Positions 28,015-40,814 of a stretch of DNA of 64,000 bases are shown in pieces. Positions within the stretch are counted from its first letter, which is position 1; every line of letters starts with the position of its first letter. Source of the DNA: the human T2T-CHM13v2.0 reference genome, Homo sapiens; assembly GCF_009914755.1 (NCBI RefSeq), contig NC_060941.1; one strand, written 5' to 3'. The notes under the pieces were generated by a model. The model saw only the letters and a program-made list of their open reading frames with translations. It did no database searches and was not told the DNA's origin. The position numbers and the translations under genes were made by a program.

Positions 28015-28432
28015 GTAAATAAAATGTGGTACATCCATACAACAGAAAATTATTCAGCCTTTTAAAATACAGGAATTTCTGACACATGCTGCAATATGGA
28101 TGAACCTTGATGACATTAGCTAAGTGAAACAAGCCAGTCGCAAAAGGACAAAGATTGCATGACTCCACCAATATGAGGTACCCAGAATAGTCAACTTCAC
28201 AGCAACAGAAAGTAAAAAGGTGGATACCAGGGCTGGGGGAGGGAGGAATGGGGAGTTACTGTATAATGGGGACAGAGTTTCAATCTGGGAAGATAAAAAA
28301 GTTCTGGAGATGGATGGTAGTGATGGTTGCACAACGATGTGAATATACTTCATGCCACTGGACTACGCCCTCAAAAATGGTTAAAGTAGTAAATTTTATG
28401 CTGTGTATACTTTACTACAATTTTAAAAATTA
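28015..28432 (+). mobile_element. L1MB-type LINE-1 3' end
   Basis: AAAATGTGGTACATCCATACAA...ATGGATGAACCTTGA...AGTTCTGGAGATGGATGGTAGTGATGGTTGCACAAC. Confidence 0.88.
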
Positions 28433-29311
28433 TTTCAATAAAGCTAGGTTGGAAAGTGAAGCATGAACTTCAGAGTCAGGCAGGTCTGGATGTGAATCCC
28501 AGCTGCCTGAACAATCTTTGGCAACGTGACCTCCCTGAGCTTCCACTTTCTTTTCTGTGATATGAGGAGGGGGCAAGAAGCAACATCTTGGGGTGTATGG
28601 AATGGCAGCCATTTTACAAAAATTATCTCAGATATCTGTCCCCCAGCCCTATAATGCCAGTGGGTAATTATTAGCCTCATTTTACAAATGAGAAAGTTGA
28701 GCCTCAGTGAAGTGATGGAGTGTGTGTAAGGTCACACAGTCAGGAAGTAGAAGGGCCAGGGTTCAAAATATAAAGATAAAGATGAACATAAAACTGGGCT
28801 CTGTATTTCCTGCATTATGATCCTCCAGACACATCTTGAAGCACACGCAGAATCTCACCTTGGGTTTGAAGACTTGGAGGGCACAAACCCAGATGCCCGA
28901 TTTAGGGACCACTGTTCAGATTCTGATATAAAACCTACTGTTTTAAAGGCCATTACCCAGCACCTCTCAGTTTATGGGCCTCTTTTATATTTACAAGTCC
29001 TATGAATGTGCAATTGAAATAGACCAAAAAATGTGTCTCTAGAATCTTACGTGCTTGGAAATCAAAGCAGGACACACTGGTGAAGACAGAAGTTGTTCCA
29101 AAAGCTGAAGTCTAAATTATGGGAATCAAGTTGAAATCTCAGTTCTCAGAGTAAAGTTCAAAATACATAAAGAACCAGACAAGATAACAGGTATCATTGC
29201 CAAGAGAAGGGAATGGAACTTCAGCAGGAAAAACAAGCCCAAGAGAGTTATCAGATGCTAAAGACCCAGGGTTTCCATGCCACTTCCCCGCCGGGGGCCT
29301 CACATGGAGCC

Positions 29312-29395
29312 CCCTGACTCCAGGATGTGCCATTCACATGTGCTATTCAATAAGATAAATGGTGCCCCCTTAAGTTGTGCGGTATGCCAGCCGGC
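29312..29395. mobile_element. MER91 fragment (palindromic core)
   Basis: ACTCCAGGATGTGCCATTCACAT...AATGGTGCCCCCTTAAGTTGTGC. Confidence 0.6.
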
Positions 29396-31638
29396 TCCAT
29401 CTTCAGGTTATGAGGATTTCTAAAGAGATCAACCATGGTGGGGAGTCAAAGAAGATGGTGAAGTAAGATGTGGGAAATGCCCTTTCAAAAGGTGAAAGCA
29501 ACATATCCAACATGTGTGCAGCACCTGGTCTGTGTCTCCTTCCTAGGTCTTCACTTGTTTTGTCTCATTTTATTCTCTGCATCTCCCATTTAAGAAGCTC
29601 AGAGAGGTTCAATAACTTGGCCACAGTCACACAGCTAGTTTTGGTAGAACCCCAGTTGGAATCCAGATCACTGACTGCACATCAGTCCCTCTCCATCCAG
29701 CCACCAGCTGAGAGGACTCCAAGCCAGTCTGGACATGATTTTAACCAGGCCAAACCAGGCTGGAAGAGCCATTGAGGGCTGATGGAAGGAGGAAATTAAG
29801 CCACAGAAAGGTAACCTGAAGGGTTTGGGGTATAAACAGAGGGAGGAGGAGACCCAGTTCCTCTAAGCTCTAAGGACCGGGGGGATGAGAATTGAGGGGT
29901 TACTGTTGATTAGCATCAGTGAAAACTAGCATCCAGGGTAGGGAGCTGCCACTTGTCTCCCCACTTTCCCAAGTCTCTGTCTTTCCAGGCTTTACTGAGG
30001 GATGACCAGTCTGTCCCTGGGTTCTGAACATTCTGGAAATGGCTCTACTGGGGTATTGGAGGGTAGGGGCACTGGAATGCAAAGCTCTGACTTTGGGTCA
30101 GGAAGCCTATCTCAGGCACTTGGGTCCAGAAGTGGCCTGTGAACTCAGCATTGGATGGGAGAAAGAGGGACTGAGGTCTTGTCCTTTCTTGGCCCCTTTG
30201 AGCTTGACTTTGGGTGTGTCACCTTGCCTCTATGACACTCAGTTTCTTACTTCAATATAGTACAAGGAGGTTAGACTTAGATGATATTTCTAACTGTTTT
30301 TCCATACCTAACATCCTTTGTTTCTGGAATTTGCCTCTGCTCCAATCAGAAAGGCTAGAGTAAAGCCTTCTCCAGGGCAGTGGCCTTGTTTTGCAGGCTC
30401 ACTTGGTCTGGGTGGCTCAGTTGTGTCCCGCCCTTCTCCTTACCCACATGCTCCAGGGCTCAGGCTTCATGAGGAGAAGTGGGGGAGGGGAGCAGCAGCA
30501 ATGCCTCCCTGGTTCCCAGCACCTCCCTACCTTTCTGAATTTTTAAAAGTGCCTTTACTCAAAGTTCATCAAAAATTCATCAGGCTTGGGATTGGCCCAA
30601 GTGTTTGCCTGAGGAGCCAAGTCAAGGTGGAACAGGAGGCCAGCAGGTGGTGCAGACCTCTGGAGCTGCACTGAGGGCATGGCACAGGCCTATATGCTGA
30701 ACCCTGCACCACCCCGTGGAGAGAGGCCAGAGACCAGGGCAGCAGCCTGCCTGGGGAAGCTTGATCCCACCTCTGGAGACAACCTTTCATCAGCCTGGGC
30801 CTTACCTTCTGCAAAGTAGGAGTCAGAGCCTGCCTGTCCTTTTCAAGGAGGTCGGGAGGATCGATGAGGCAATGGGCAGGCCTCACTCTTTCTAAAGTGA
30901 GGGCTTTAACATATGGAAAGGGAATTGGATAGCATCACAACTGACTTTAAAGGAAGGTATTTGAGAGCTCCTGGGAGAGCCCAGTGTTTCCAGCCTGGGC
31001 AGATGCAAGGGGAAGAAGGGAGATTGCTGGGCCAAACACTCTCCTCTGGGCTTCCAGTAGCTCCTTTCCTCATCCACCTTGTCTCTTTAGCTGCTACAGA
31101 AGATTCTGTTTTGGAAAAAAAAAAAAGATGCTGTTAACTTTTTAAAGTTTGCATAGCACTGAATAGTCCACTCTTTCTTTAGAGAAAAAGAAACGGAGGC
31201 CCTGCATGGAGAAGTGACTTTCCCAAGGCCATTCAGCCAATCAGTAGCAGAGATGGGGCTGGAGCCCAAGGGTTCTAGCTCCCAGGCCAGGAGCCTGCCT
31301 GCTTCTGCATCAGTTTCACCTTGCCAATGCCTTTGTCTGGATGTGTCCTTGGTCACCCAAACCAGATGTCAGCTTATCTGACCACAGAAAGACATTCTCC
31401 AAGTCAGCATGACCAGGTTAAGAAAGTGAGTGGATCTTCATTGGACGCCCATGATGGGATGTTCTTGTTTGTGTCTGGCTTATAGGTGCCCCTGGCTGGA
31501 GTCTTTCTGTGGAACAAAGTGAAGACCCTCCAGCCCCCAACAGGTACTTGGGTTTCAGTCCTCAGAGCACTGGGTTATCTGGTCCAACTCTCTGGTTTTC
31601 AGATGTGGAAATTGAAGCCCAAAGAAATTGTAAGTCAA

Positions 31639-31937
31639 GGGCAGGCATGGTGTGGGTCACACCTATAATCTCAGCAGTTTGGAAGACAAAGGCAGAAGGA
31701 CTGCTTGAGGACAGGGGTTTGAAACCAGCCTGAGCAACAGAACCAGACCCTATCTTTATAAAAAATAAAAATAATTAAAAAATTAGCTAGGCACGGTGGC
31801 ACACACCTGTAGTCCCAACTACTCTGGAGGCTGAGGTGGGAGGATCACTTGAGCCCAGGAGGTTGAGGCCACAGTGAGTCATCATCAAATCACTGTACTC
31901 CAGCCTGGGCAAAAGAGCAAGACTCTGTCTCTAAAAA
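31639..31937 (+). mobile_element. AluJ, full length, diverged
   Basis: Dimeric Alu with GGATCACTTGAGCCCAGGAGGTTGAGG; decayed TSD aattgtaagtcaa / agttgtgagtcaa. Confidence 0.9.
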
Positions 31938-32589
31938 GGAGGAGGAGGAGAGTTGTGAGTCAAATTGACACTAGGCCTCCTGGGTGCCCAGTTAGTGCTC
32001 CTGCCACATCACCACACCTCCACTGGTTCTCTGTTCTCCTAGAAGTCCCCTCGGCCCCTCCTCCCCCAGAGGTGTCACGAGGCTGGGGAGGTATGGGGAT
32101 CCACTCTGGAGGTCTTCACCTCTCGCACTGTATCAGAGAGTCTTGGCCAGCTCTCAGAACCAGAAAACCCACTGAGGACCAAGCAGGACCATAAACCGCA
32201 ATAATCATGTTTTTAATAATCGCCTAGAGTTTGTTTAACATACAATCACAGCCAGCAATAAATCCAAATTAAAGGCCCAACCAGGAGGCCTAAGTTAAGC
32301 TGCCTGCTTGGAAATAGAACAGCTGAAGAAGAGGAGGGGAGAGGAGGAAGAGGAAGAGTAGGAGCAGGAGAAGGGGAGCAGCCCTCTGAGGAGGTAACAC
32401 CCTCAGGAGGGCCAGGGAGGTGGCCCCAAGCAGGTTAGTAGGTTCCTGCCTGGCCCTAGCTCCAGCCCCAACCCTAGCACAGGTCTTGCTATCTTCACCC
32501 AAAAGGATTTCTCAATGGTTCAAGCAGAGAAAATATCTAAGTTCCAAAACCTCAGAGCTGCAAAAGAAAGAGACAATATTCACTCCTCT

Positions 32590-33500
32590 GCCTGTGGGCA
32601 CACAAGCTCCATAAGGGCAAGGACCTTCTTGTTATGTTCAGTTCTGTGCTGCCCCCAGCTCCTGGCATCTAGTAGGTAATCAGCAAACATCTGTTGAATA
32701 AACACATGAATAAATGAGTGAGTGTGAACGAATGCTTTCCCATCCATTTATTCATTCATTTGGGATATTTTTCCCTCTCAAATATTCATTGAGCAACTAT
32801 AGTACCTGCAGGTACAGAGATGAACAAGATTCCTGTCATCTAGAAACTGAGTGCCAAAGGACGAATAACAGAGATGACTCCAGCCTAAGGGGGCCTGGCC
32901 AGGCCAGCAGTGAAGGGTGGGAAGAGTAAAGGGTTTCAGAAGGGGTTTGCTTAAAGCTGAGTTCTGAAGAGCAATTAAGTGTTAACCAGACTCGCAGGAG
33001 CCTAGACCTGGGTGTGGCAAGTGATACTGACCAGAGGATAATGTTCTAGACCAAAGGGGCAGCATGTGCAGAGCAGGGGAGCAAGAGAGGATGTGGCATT
33101 GCCCAAGAACCACAGAGAGTTCAGTGGGGCTGGGAACAGAATGAGAGCTGGAAGCCGAGGAGGAAGGAGGGAGGGAGGTGGACAGTTGGCAGGGGCCAGC
33201 CATGGACAGCTGTGTGAGCCATGCTAAACAGTTTGGACTTTATCCCGGGGGCAAAAGGGAACTTATGGAAGTGTTTTAAGCAGGAGGTTGACATGACCAG
33301 AATTGAAGTTTGGAAAAATCGCTCTAGCCGCAGTATGGAGAATGGATTAGAGGTGAGGGTGCCTGGGGCCAGGCAGAGCCGTCAGGAGGTGGCTGCGGTG
33401 ATCCACTGAGAAAAGCGAGGGCTGGGACCAGTGAGGGATGTTGACACAGACACCAAGGAGGGCCAAACTCAAGGGATGGGGAGGGAGCAAAGGGCGGCAG
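32590..33500. mobile_element. Tail-to-tail L2 fragments (+ at ~32590-32725, - at ~32740-33500)
   Basis: AAGCTCCATAAGGGCAAGGAC...TGTTGAATAAA, followed by CATTTATTCATTCA...TTTGGACTTTATCC...GGAAGTGTTTTAAGCAGG. Confidence 0.75.
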
Positions 33501-34609
33501 TGACTGAGTGTGGGAGTGAGGCAGTGGGGGCATCTGGTGTCTCCCAGTATCTCAGGTGAGTGGGCAATAGCAGTGCCGCTGAGAACCGAAGTGGAGCATG
33601 CTGGCCAAGACACTAGGTCTCCTGCAAAGGCCTCTCTGGGAAGATATAGCCACTTGCCGCCTGCAAGGGAGGACAGACACACTCCCCTAGGTCTGCCTTT
33701 GGTCCAGTTTGGAAACTGAGGCCTAGGGAGGGTAGAGACTCACCCAATGTCACTCAGCGAGCTAGTGGCAGAGCTGGGAACAGAATCCAGGTCACCTGAC
33801 TGGGAGCAGAGGCATTACAGTGATGGCATAGTCCAGATTCCCCAGGGCAGCTCCCAGTCCAGATATACCATCTGCCTGTTCTTTTTACCACACTTGAGCT
33901 TTTCAAGTCTGTGTCCCCCCTGAGGGGTCAGAAAACACCATCTCTGTTACTGCACTAAAGTGCAGAACTCAAAGGCTACACCGTCCTTTAGACTCTAACC
34001 ATGGAGGAGAAAGGAAAGAAAACAAGGCATTGGGACATCTGGTTTGAGTCCTTCCTTTTCTGCTTGCTTAGGCTGGGCAACTTCCTGACCCTCTCTGAGC
34101 CCCAGACTCATCTGTAAAAAGGGAATCAAATGGGCTCAAGGTATGGATTGAATAAGAACACACACATGAAAGATGAACTGTGAAGCACCACAGATAAAAT
34201 GATGGTTTATTTTCACATCAACTCCTTTAACAAATATTTGGCCTCTGCCTGTTCCATTCCGGACCTGCCTGGAAGCACCATGGTGCATGTGGAGATGACT
34301 AAGACAAGGGCTGCCCGTGGGAACCGTCCCCTGGTCCACAGGCTCTGGAATCTGAGTGAATCCATACAGAAGCTGGGGGCTGGGTCGCATCAGCAGGTGG
34401 TCTTACGTGCCAGGGCCTCCCATCCCTTGCACTGCCCCAGGTCTCACTCACACTATATCCTCAACCTTGAATTCCCACCTGGGACTATCATCCCAAGCTA
34501 TCCAACATTCATTCAACACACCTTTACTGTATGCCAGGCATGGAGATAAGTGCTGCGGTCCCTGCCCTCTGGGAACTTACAATCTGACAGGCCTGGGTGC
34601 ATATGGGTC

Positions 34610-35175
34610 CAGTCTGCAAGCAGCTCATGGCACACTCCTGCTCAAAACCCTCCCATTGCACTTAGGATAAAAATCGCACACCTGCCCTTGTCTCAGGGAT
34701 GTGTCCACCACACTGACCTCATGTCATAGCACTACCCCTCACTTGTGCCACTCCAGAGACAAGTTCTTCAAACACACCAAGAACAGTCCCACTGCAAAGC
34801 CTGCGCACGTGCCATACCCTCTGCCTGGAATGTTCCTCTCCAAATACCTACATGGTTCACTCCTTCACTTCATTCAAGCCTGCACAAATATCCCCTCCTC
34901 AGAGATGCTTTCCCGATCACCCTTGCTAAAAGAACTGCCCCAATCTCATTTCATCTTCCTAACCTGATGTATTTCTTCAAAGCACTTACTATGACCTTTC
35001 TTTTAGATTATTTAGATTCAATTATATTTTTATTTGTTTACTATCTGTTTCTCCCAATGCAATATAAGCTGCATGAGATTTGATTTCGTTAACTGCTCCC
35101 CCTCAGTGCCTGCAACAGAGGTCAATAAAGATTGATTGATTGATTGATTTGTTGATTGATTGGATGAGTGAATGC
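34610..35175 (+). mobile_element. L2a fragment with 3' end
   Basis: CTCCTGCTCAAAACCCTCC, CCCTCTGCCTGGAATGTTC, AATATAAGCTGCATGAG, (GATT)n tail. Confidence 0.8.
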
Positions 35176-38100
35176 CTGAGTCAATACTTGTGGCCTTTGT
35201 GCGATGAGAGAAGCACTGACTGCTTCTCCCTGACTCCAAAATGCACTTTTCAAAAACACTTACTCATTTCTGAGATGGAAATACATACATTTAGAGCAGG
35301 GTTTCTGTTCCCCCAAAAGCTATTATTAAATCGATGGTGCATCTCACAATCGATGGTATCTCACAATTGAGGGAATGCACAGTAACCCAGAGAGGGCAGG
35401 GAGTCCTCCTCCCCAAGGAGACTCGGTGGAAACTTCTCCAGACAGATAATATTTCATGGAGCTTTAAGGAATGAGTGAGCATTTTCTGCAATGAGGTGGC
35501 AGAAAAAGCATTCCAGGCAGAGGAAACAGCACATCCAAAGGCACAGGGGTCTGGAACAGCAGCTGTTTGTTGCCAGAAGAGACCCATAGTCTGGAGCAGC
35601 TGGAGTGGAAGGCATTGGGGGTAGTGACTAAAGATGAGATGACAGGTCATTTAGAAAGGGCCTTAACTGCCCCTCCAAGGGACATGAGCTTTGTTCTGGA
35701 GGCAGATGGTAGCCATGGAGGGGTGTGAATTCCTCATTCTTCTCTCTCATGTCCACCCCATATCAGACCACACAGAAAAGCATGCTTCCGGATTTAGTAG
35801 GGTAGGTTAAATCCTACATCCAAACACCAAAACCCAAAATGGATTTTTTTCTACTTTCTCTCCATTATGCAGGTGATTTGCTACTAGACCTGTTTCCACT
35901 TGGCCTTCAGAAGCCGAGCCTGTGGGGCATGGCACTCCCTTTGGCATCCCCTACCAGGCCTGGGGAAGGGCAGCAGTCTGGTCCTCTGCCTGCCCAGGAT
36001 GGCCTTCCTGCCTCAGGGAGATTGATTTCCCTCCTGCCCTGGAAAGGAAAGAAAGGAGGAAGCAGAGCCCCAAGCTGCCTCCTGATACTACCAGGTGCCA
36101 GGCACTGTGCTGAGCACGTCATATCCATTACCTTCTCTCCCTGGGAGGTGGGTAACACTGTCATTCCCATTTCACAGATGAGGAAACTGGGGCTGCCGCT
36201 CCAGCACCTGCCATTGCCTGGCCCATAGTGGACACTTTATAAACATTTCATTTTCCCATAACATTAACTGGGCACTCACTCTATGCAAGGCCTTCCACCA
36301 GGACCTGTTTCTAAATGCTCATGCTGGTCTCTCTGAACGGAGTCCCCTGTGCCCCTTCACACCTGGAAAACTCCATGGATTCTTCAAGTTGCTGCTCAGA
36401 TGCCACCTCTTCTGTAAGGCTTTGCCTGACCTTCCCCAGCAGGACCCAGTACTCTGTCCTCTGCTTCCCTCCCACTCTGCACAGCATGAGACTTCCCTTC
36501 TTCTAGGGCAGGAACTGAGCCTAGCACACAATCTGGCATACAGTGAGTCTTCAAAACATATTGGTTAAATGTGTGAGTGAGTGAATGAATGAATGAATGA
36601 ACGAACAACCAAGTGATCAACAAAAAGATGCTCCCATAATGGAGAGCAGAATCAAAAGTGGGGAAATATACCAAGCTGAAGTAGGAGTCAGGGAAGGCCA
36701 GCTTCCTTCCACCAAGCTTAGGATGTCAGAGCCAGGAGGAAGGCATTCTGGGATTACTCCAACCCGGGGTGAAGGAAGGATGAGGGGAGTTTTCACAGAG
36801 GAAGTAGCTTCGGATAGGGCTTTGACAGGAGTTACAAAGGACTTGCATGGGAGGAGAAAGAGCAGTAGGAAAGGCCAGGCCAGCTTGTCCTGGCAGCAGC
36901 CATGCCTGAGGGTGGGGGCCCATTTAGCAAATGGAGCTCAGCATTCAACCGCCCTTCACCAAGCACCAGCAGAACAGAAGTAATCTTTGGGTTTGCAGTT
37001 AATTTGTTCTTTTAATGGACCTGTATTGTTGTCAGTGATTAAAATGGGCTTCCCCCATTAGCTGCTGGATTCCAGGGAGGCAGCTGGTTTCCCAGCCCCT
37101 CTGCCTTAACAAAAAGTGAATGGACGGGCACATATGTGTTCAGGACTGGGGGGAGCTGGGCAAACACACACTAGCTCAGAGGCATGTGTACCCCTGTGGA
37201 TATGCACGGTGAAACTTAAACACAGGCTATTTTGAACATAGAGACTCAAGTCCAGTACATTTAAATGTGAATCACACCAATGTCTGCGCATATGGATTGA
37301 AAAGATTCAGTGATTCCTATATTCATGAAAAGGCTGAGCTGAAAAAAGCCTTAGAGACCATTGAATCTAAGCCTTTTTTTTTTTTTTTTTTGACAAATAA
37401 AAGGGAAATCCCAGAAAGGATAATCAACTTTCCTGAGGCTACACAGCACCTTGATGCCAGAGCCAGGTCTGGAACCCTCCTCCCCTGGTCTGTGTCAGGG
37501 ACCTCCTAAAATATGAGCAGCAGCAGCAGGTCTAGGCACCTCAGAGCCTGAGTTCCCAACTGTCCTCCAGGGTCTGCCTTCTTGTTCATTTTCTGCTCCA
37601 CCAACCTGTTTCCTAAACATAAATGTAATTACGGCATCACAGTTCAGCTCACAACAGTTCTACCCGCTGACATGTGTGCAGCACTTTACAGTTTGCAAAC
37701 TGCTGCACCTCATTAACTCTCAGTCTCAAAGGTAGGCAGAGCTGGTATTATTTTAATCTCCATTTTTCAGATAAGGAAGCCAAGGTTCAGAGACAGTAAG
37801 GGATTTTTCCAAGCTCACAGCTTGAAAAGATAAGACCAAAATTCAAAGCCAGGCCTCCCAAATCCAAATCCCAGTTCCCCCCAAAAGCTGTTCCATGGTT
37901 GCTGAGTGCAGAAACCAAGGTTCGTTCTTCTAAAATTGCATTCAGAAACACGACGGTCAAGAAGCACACACACACACACCCATCACCCCAACACATGTGC
38001 CCGAACAAATGAGCAAGGCTGGGATGTGTTCATCAGCCTCCCCTATTCATACATTCCCTCCCCAACCTAGCCAAGGCTGGTCCAAATCTGCTGACACTCC

Positions 38101-39601
38101 GGGCACTTAATAAACAAAAACATCAAGTCACTCAATCAATAAGCTCAGCTGTCAACAACAAGCGAGGGCTGAGCACTCCTAAGAGCTAATAATGCTTTGA
38201 GCTATAAACATGGCCATTAGCTGGGCTCCTGCCCTGCCAGGCGGGCTCTGCCACTGTAGGCAGGGGTACCTGCAGCTGGAGGCCGTGGTATTTCATGGTC
38301 GGCTGAACCCACCAGCCCATCCGGGCTGGGCTTTTGCTGCCACCTCCTTCCCCTGACATCCTGGGTACCCCTGCCTGGGACATAAGGAGGGGCTGCCAGG
38401 CTAAGAAGGCCCCAACTGAATCCTCCCAGAAAATGTGGAAACCCCAAGGGCCACCACTTCCAGGGCTTCTGACTTGGAAGCCTGTGCTGCCTCCACAACC
38501 ACATAGTGCCACCCTTGAGAGCTGCCAGTGGATGATGCTACACATCAGCCTTGGAGGAGTCCCATTCAGAGAGGATGCCAGACTATCTGCATTTGAATCT
38601 GGCTCGGCAACTTAGCAGCTGTGGGACCCTGGGCAAGTTACTTAACTTCTCTGTTCCTCAGCTGCCTTATCTGTAAAATGTAAATTACAGCCATCTCCCA
38701 AGGTGACTGTGAAGCTCCTGAGGTGGCTGTTGTGACTTCTGTGCCTAGCAGAATGTCCAGCAGTTAAATGGTGCCTGGGAAATGACACAAGAGGAAAGTA
38801 ATCCATGGAGCCACCTATGTGGGTGGGAGAAGCCAGCACGGTTGAAAGGGGGAGGAAACCTGAGCCAAGAGGACAATGTCCCCACCCTCCTGTCTCCCAT
38901 ACCTTGATGTCAAGCATGGTTGGGCAGCAAGCAGAGTCCACCTTTGTCCAGCTGTTTCCTCCAGATGATATCTGACCTTAAAAATTTTGTTCAGCCTGGG
39001 CAGGTGGGGGAGGTGAGGGATTAGCAGGCCTGGATGGTACCGGAAGACAAAAGACAGTGGCCTGCCAGGATGCCAGCCCTGGACTAGGGTGGGCACTGAG
39101 GCCCCACCCTGGATCCTAAATCCAGGCACAAGATTACACTACTAGACTCTTCTTTTAAATGAGTATAAACCTTGGCAGGGAGTTGCACCACCTGAGCTGT
39201 TGTTGCAGCATGTAGAATCAGGGGTCATGTACTCCTCCAGCTTCCCAGAGGAAAATAAGATGCCTTCTTTGTAAGTAGGATTACTTGTCAGCACTTTTGA
39301 CATTCCAGTGGCTTCTCCTATCTGTCTCCCTGCCTGCCTGTCTCACAGTCTCTGTCTCTCTCCTCTATCTCTCTCTATGGCTCTGTGCCTGTCTCTGTCT
39401 GTTCCTTTTTGTCTCCCTTTATCTTTTTGTCTCTATTTTATCCCTCAGAGACAGTGTGAGCACACACACACACATATGCACATGATCTTATTTCACCTAC
39501 CACTAACTCTTCACCCAGTTCAGAATTCCTGGGAACTTTTGGATAAGAGTTACCACCAATGTCCCAAGGTTAAGGAGCGAAGCATCTGCCAGGTATGACG
39601 G

Positions 39602-39622
39602 TTCAGAACCATGGACAGAGTT
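39602..39622 (+). promoter_or_regulatory. Candidate RE1/NRSE (REST) site
   Basis: TTCAGAACCATGGACAGAGTT versus consensus TTCAGCACCACGGACAGCGCC; both half-sites present with canonical spacing. Confidence 0.5.
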
Positions 39623-40494
39623 TCGTGGCTGGGATCTCCTGGCCCTTAAGGAAGGAGGGCAGCTCACAGTGTCTTGGATGGGTCAGGGGAGTAGGGGAAG
39701 AAGCTCCTAAGACTGGCAAGGGAAGAAGAGGAGGAGCCTGGAGAGGTGTGAAGGGCTGGACCTGTGAAAGGAGGTGGAAGTGAGTGTCAAGTGGTGAGGC
39801 TGACTTGGGCATATCTGCGTGTAAAAGTGAAGTAAATGAAATGTAAATGCCGTGACTGTGTAAGGGAGTTGAGTGGATCTGAAGGCAGCTATGAAGGCCA
39901 TGCTAAGGAATGCAACCCAGAGTGAGAGCTGTGTTGGCTTCAGCCTTCCTAGGGTTTCCCTCCTCACTGACTCCTGGAATCCAGAGTGAGTCCCAGGGGC
40001 AGCAGAGACCTACCAAGCTAAGCCCCAGGGAGCAGCAGGAGAGCTGAGTGCCTGTGGAGGGAGGGCAGGCAAGAGAAGCAGGACATTCCACCAGGCTGGA
40101 GGGTAAATATTTAAAGGGCTGTTTCCATGTGTATAAAAACTCAGTGCATCTGCTAGGCAGTATTTGCAGAAGCTGGGAGGGGAGAGCTGGACCCAGGCCA
40201 GCCAAGAAGCCTGTTTAAACCCTCTAACTCACAGCTCCCTCAACCCACACTGCACCGGCCTTCTGGCTCTTAGAGACACAGAGCCCTCTGCCTACTGATA
40301 CACATGCTTGCACACAACAATACCCTGTGTACAGGGACATGACTAGACACACAAACATACATACATGCACGCACACACATATGCACAGCTCACTGGTTCC
40401 TACAGAGATGCACAAGTGAACACACACTCACAGCACCCAGATACACACCACAGACTCACAGCCAGACAGTGCAGATAGCACACTGCATGCCAGA

Positions 40495-40521
40495 TCTCTC
40501 TCTGTCTCTCTCTCTCTCTCT

Positions 40522-40563
<42 letters not shown>
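40495..40563. repeat. Compound (TC)n(CA)n microsatellite within a degenerate CA-rich tract (~40230-40812, resuming at 43800-43890)
   Basis: Read directly; the tract is split by the Tigger3 insertion. Confidence 0.95.
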
Positions 40564-40567
<4 letters not shown>

Positions 40568-40814
40568 CACCAGCCACACTGTATCACATACCCAATCAGA
40601 CCACATAGCTCACATATCATTACAAATACATCCACAGTGGCCTATACATCTCACATGGTAACTCACACACTTGGTCCACATGGCATCACACCCACAAATG
40701 TCTGTATGACTTACACTGAAACACACAGAGACCAAGAATCACACATTAAACAATATTACAGGTGAGCCAGTACATGCACAGAAAGCCTGCCAGATCTCAA
40801 ACAGGAATCAAATA

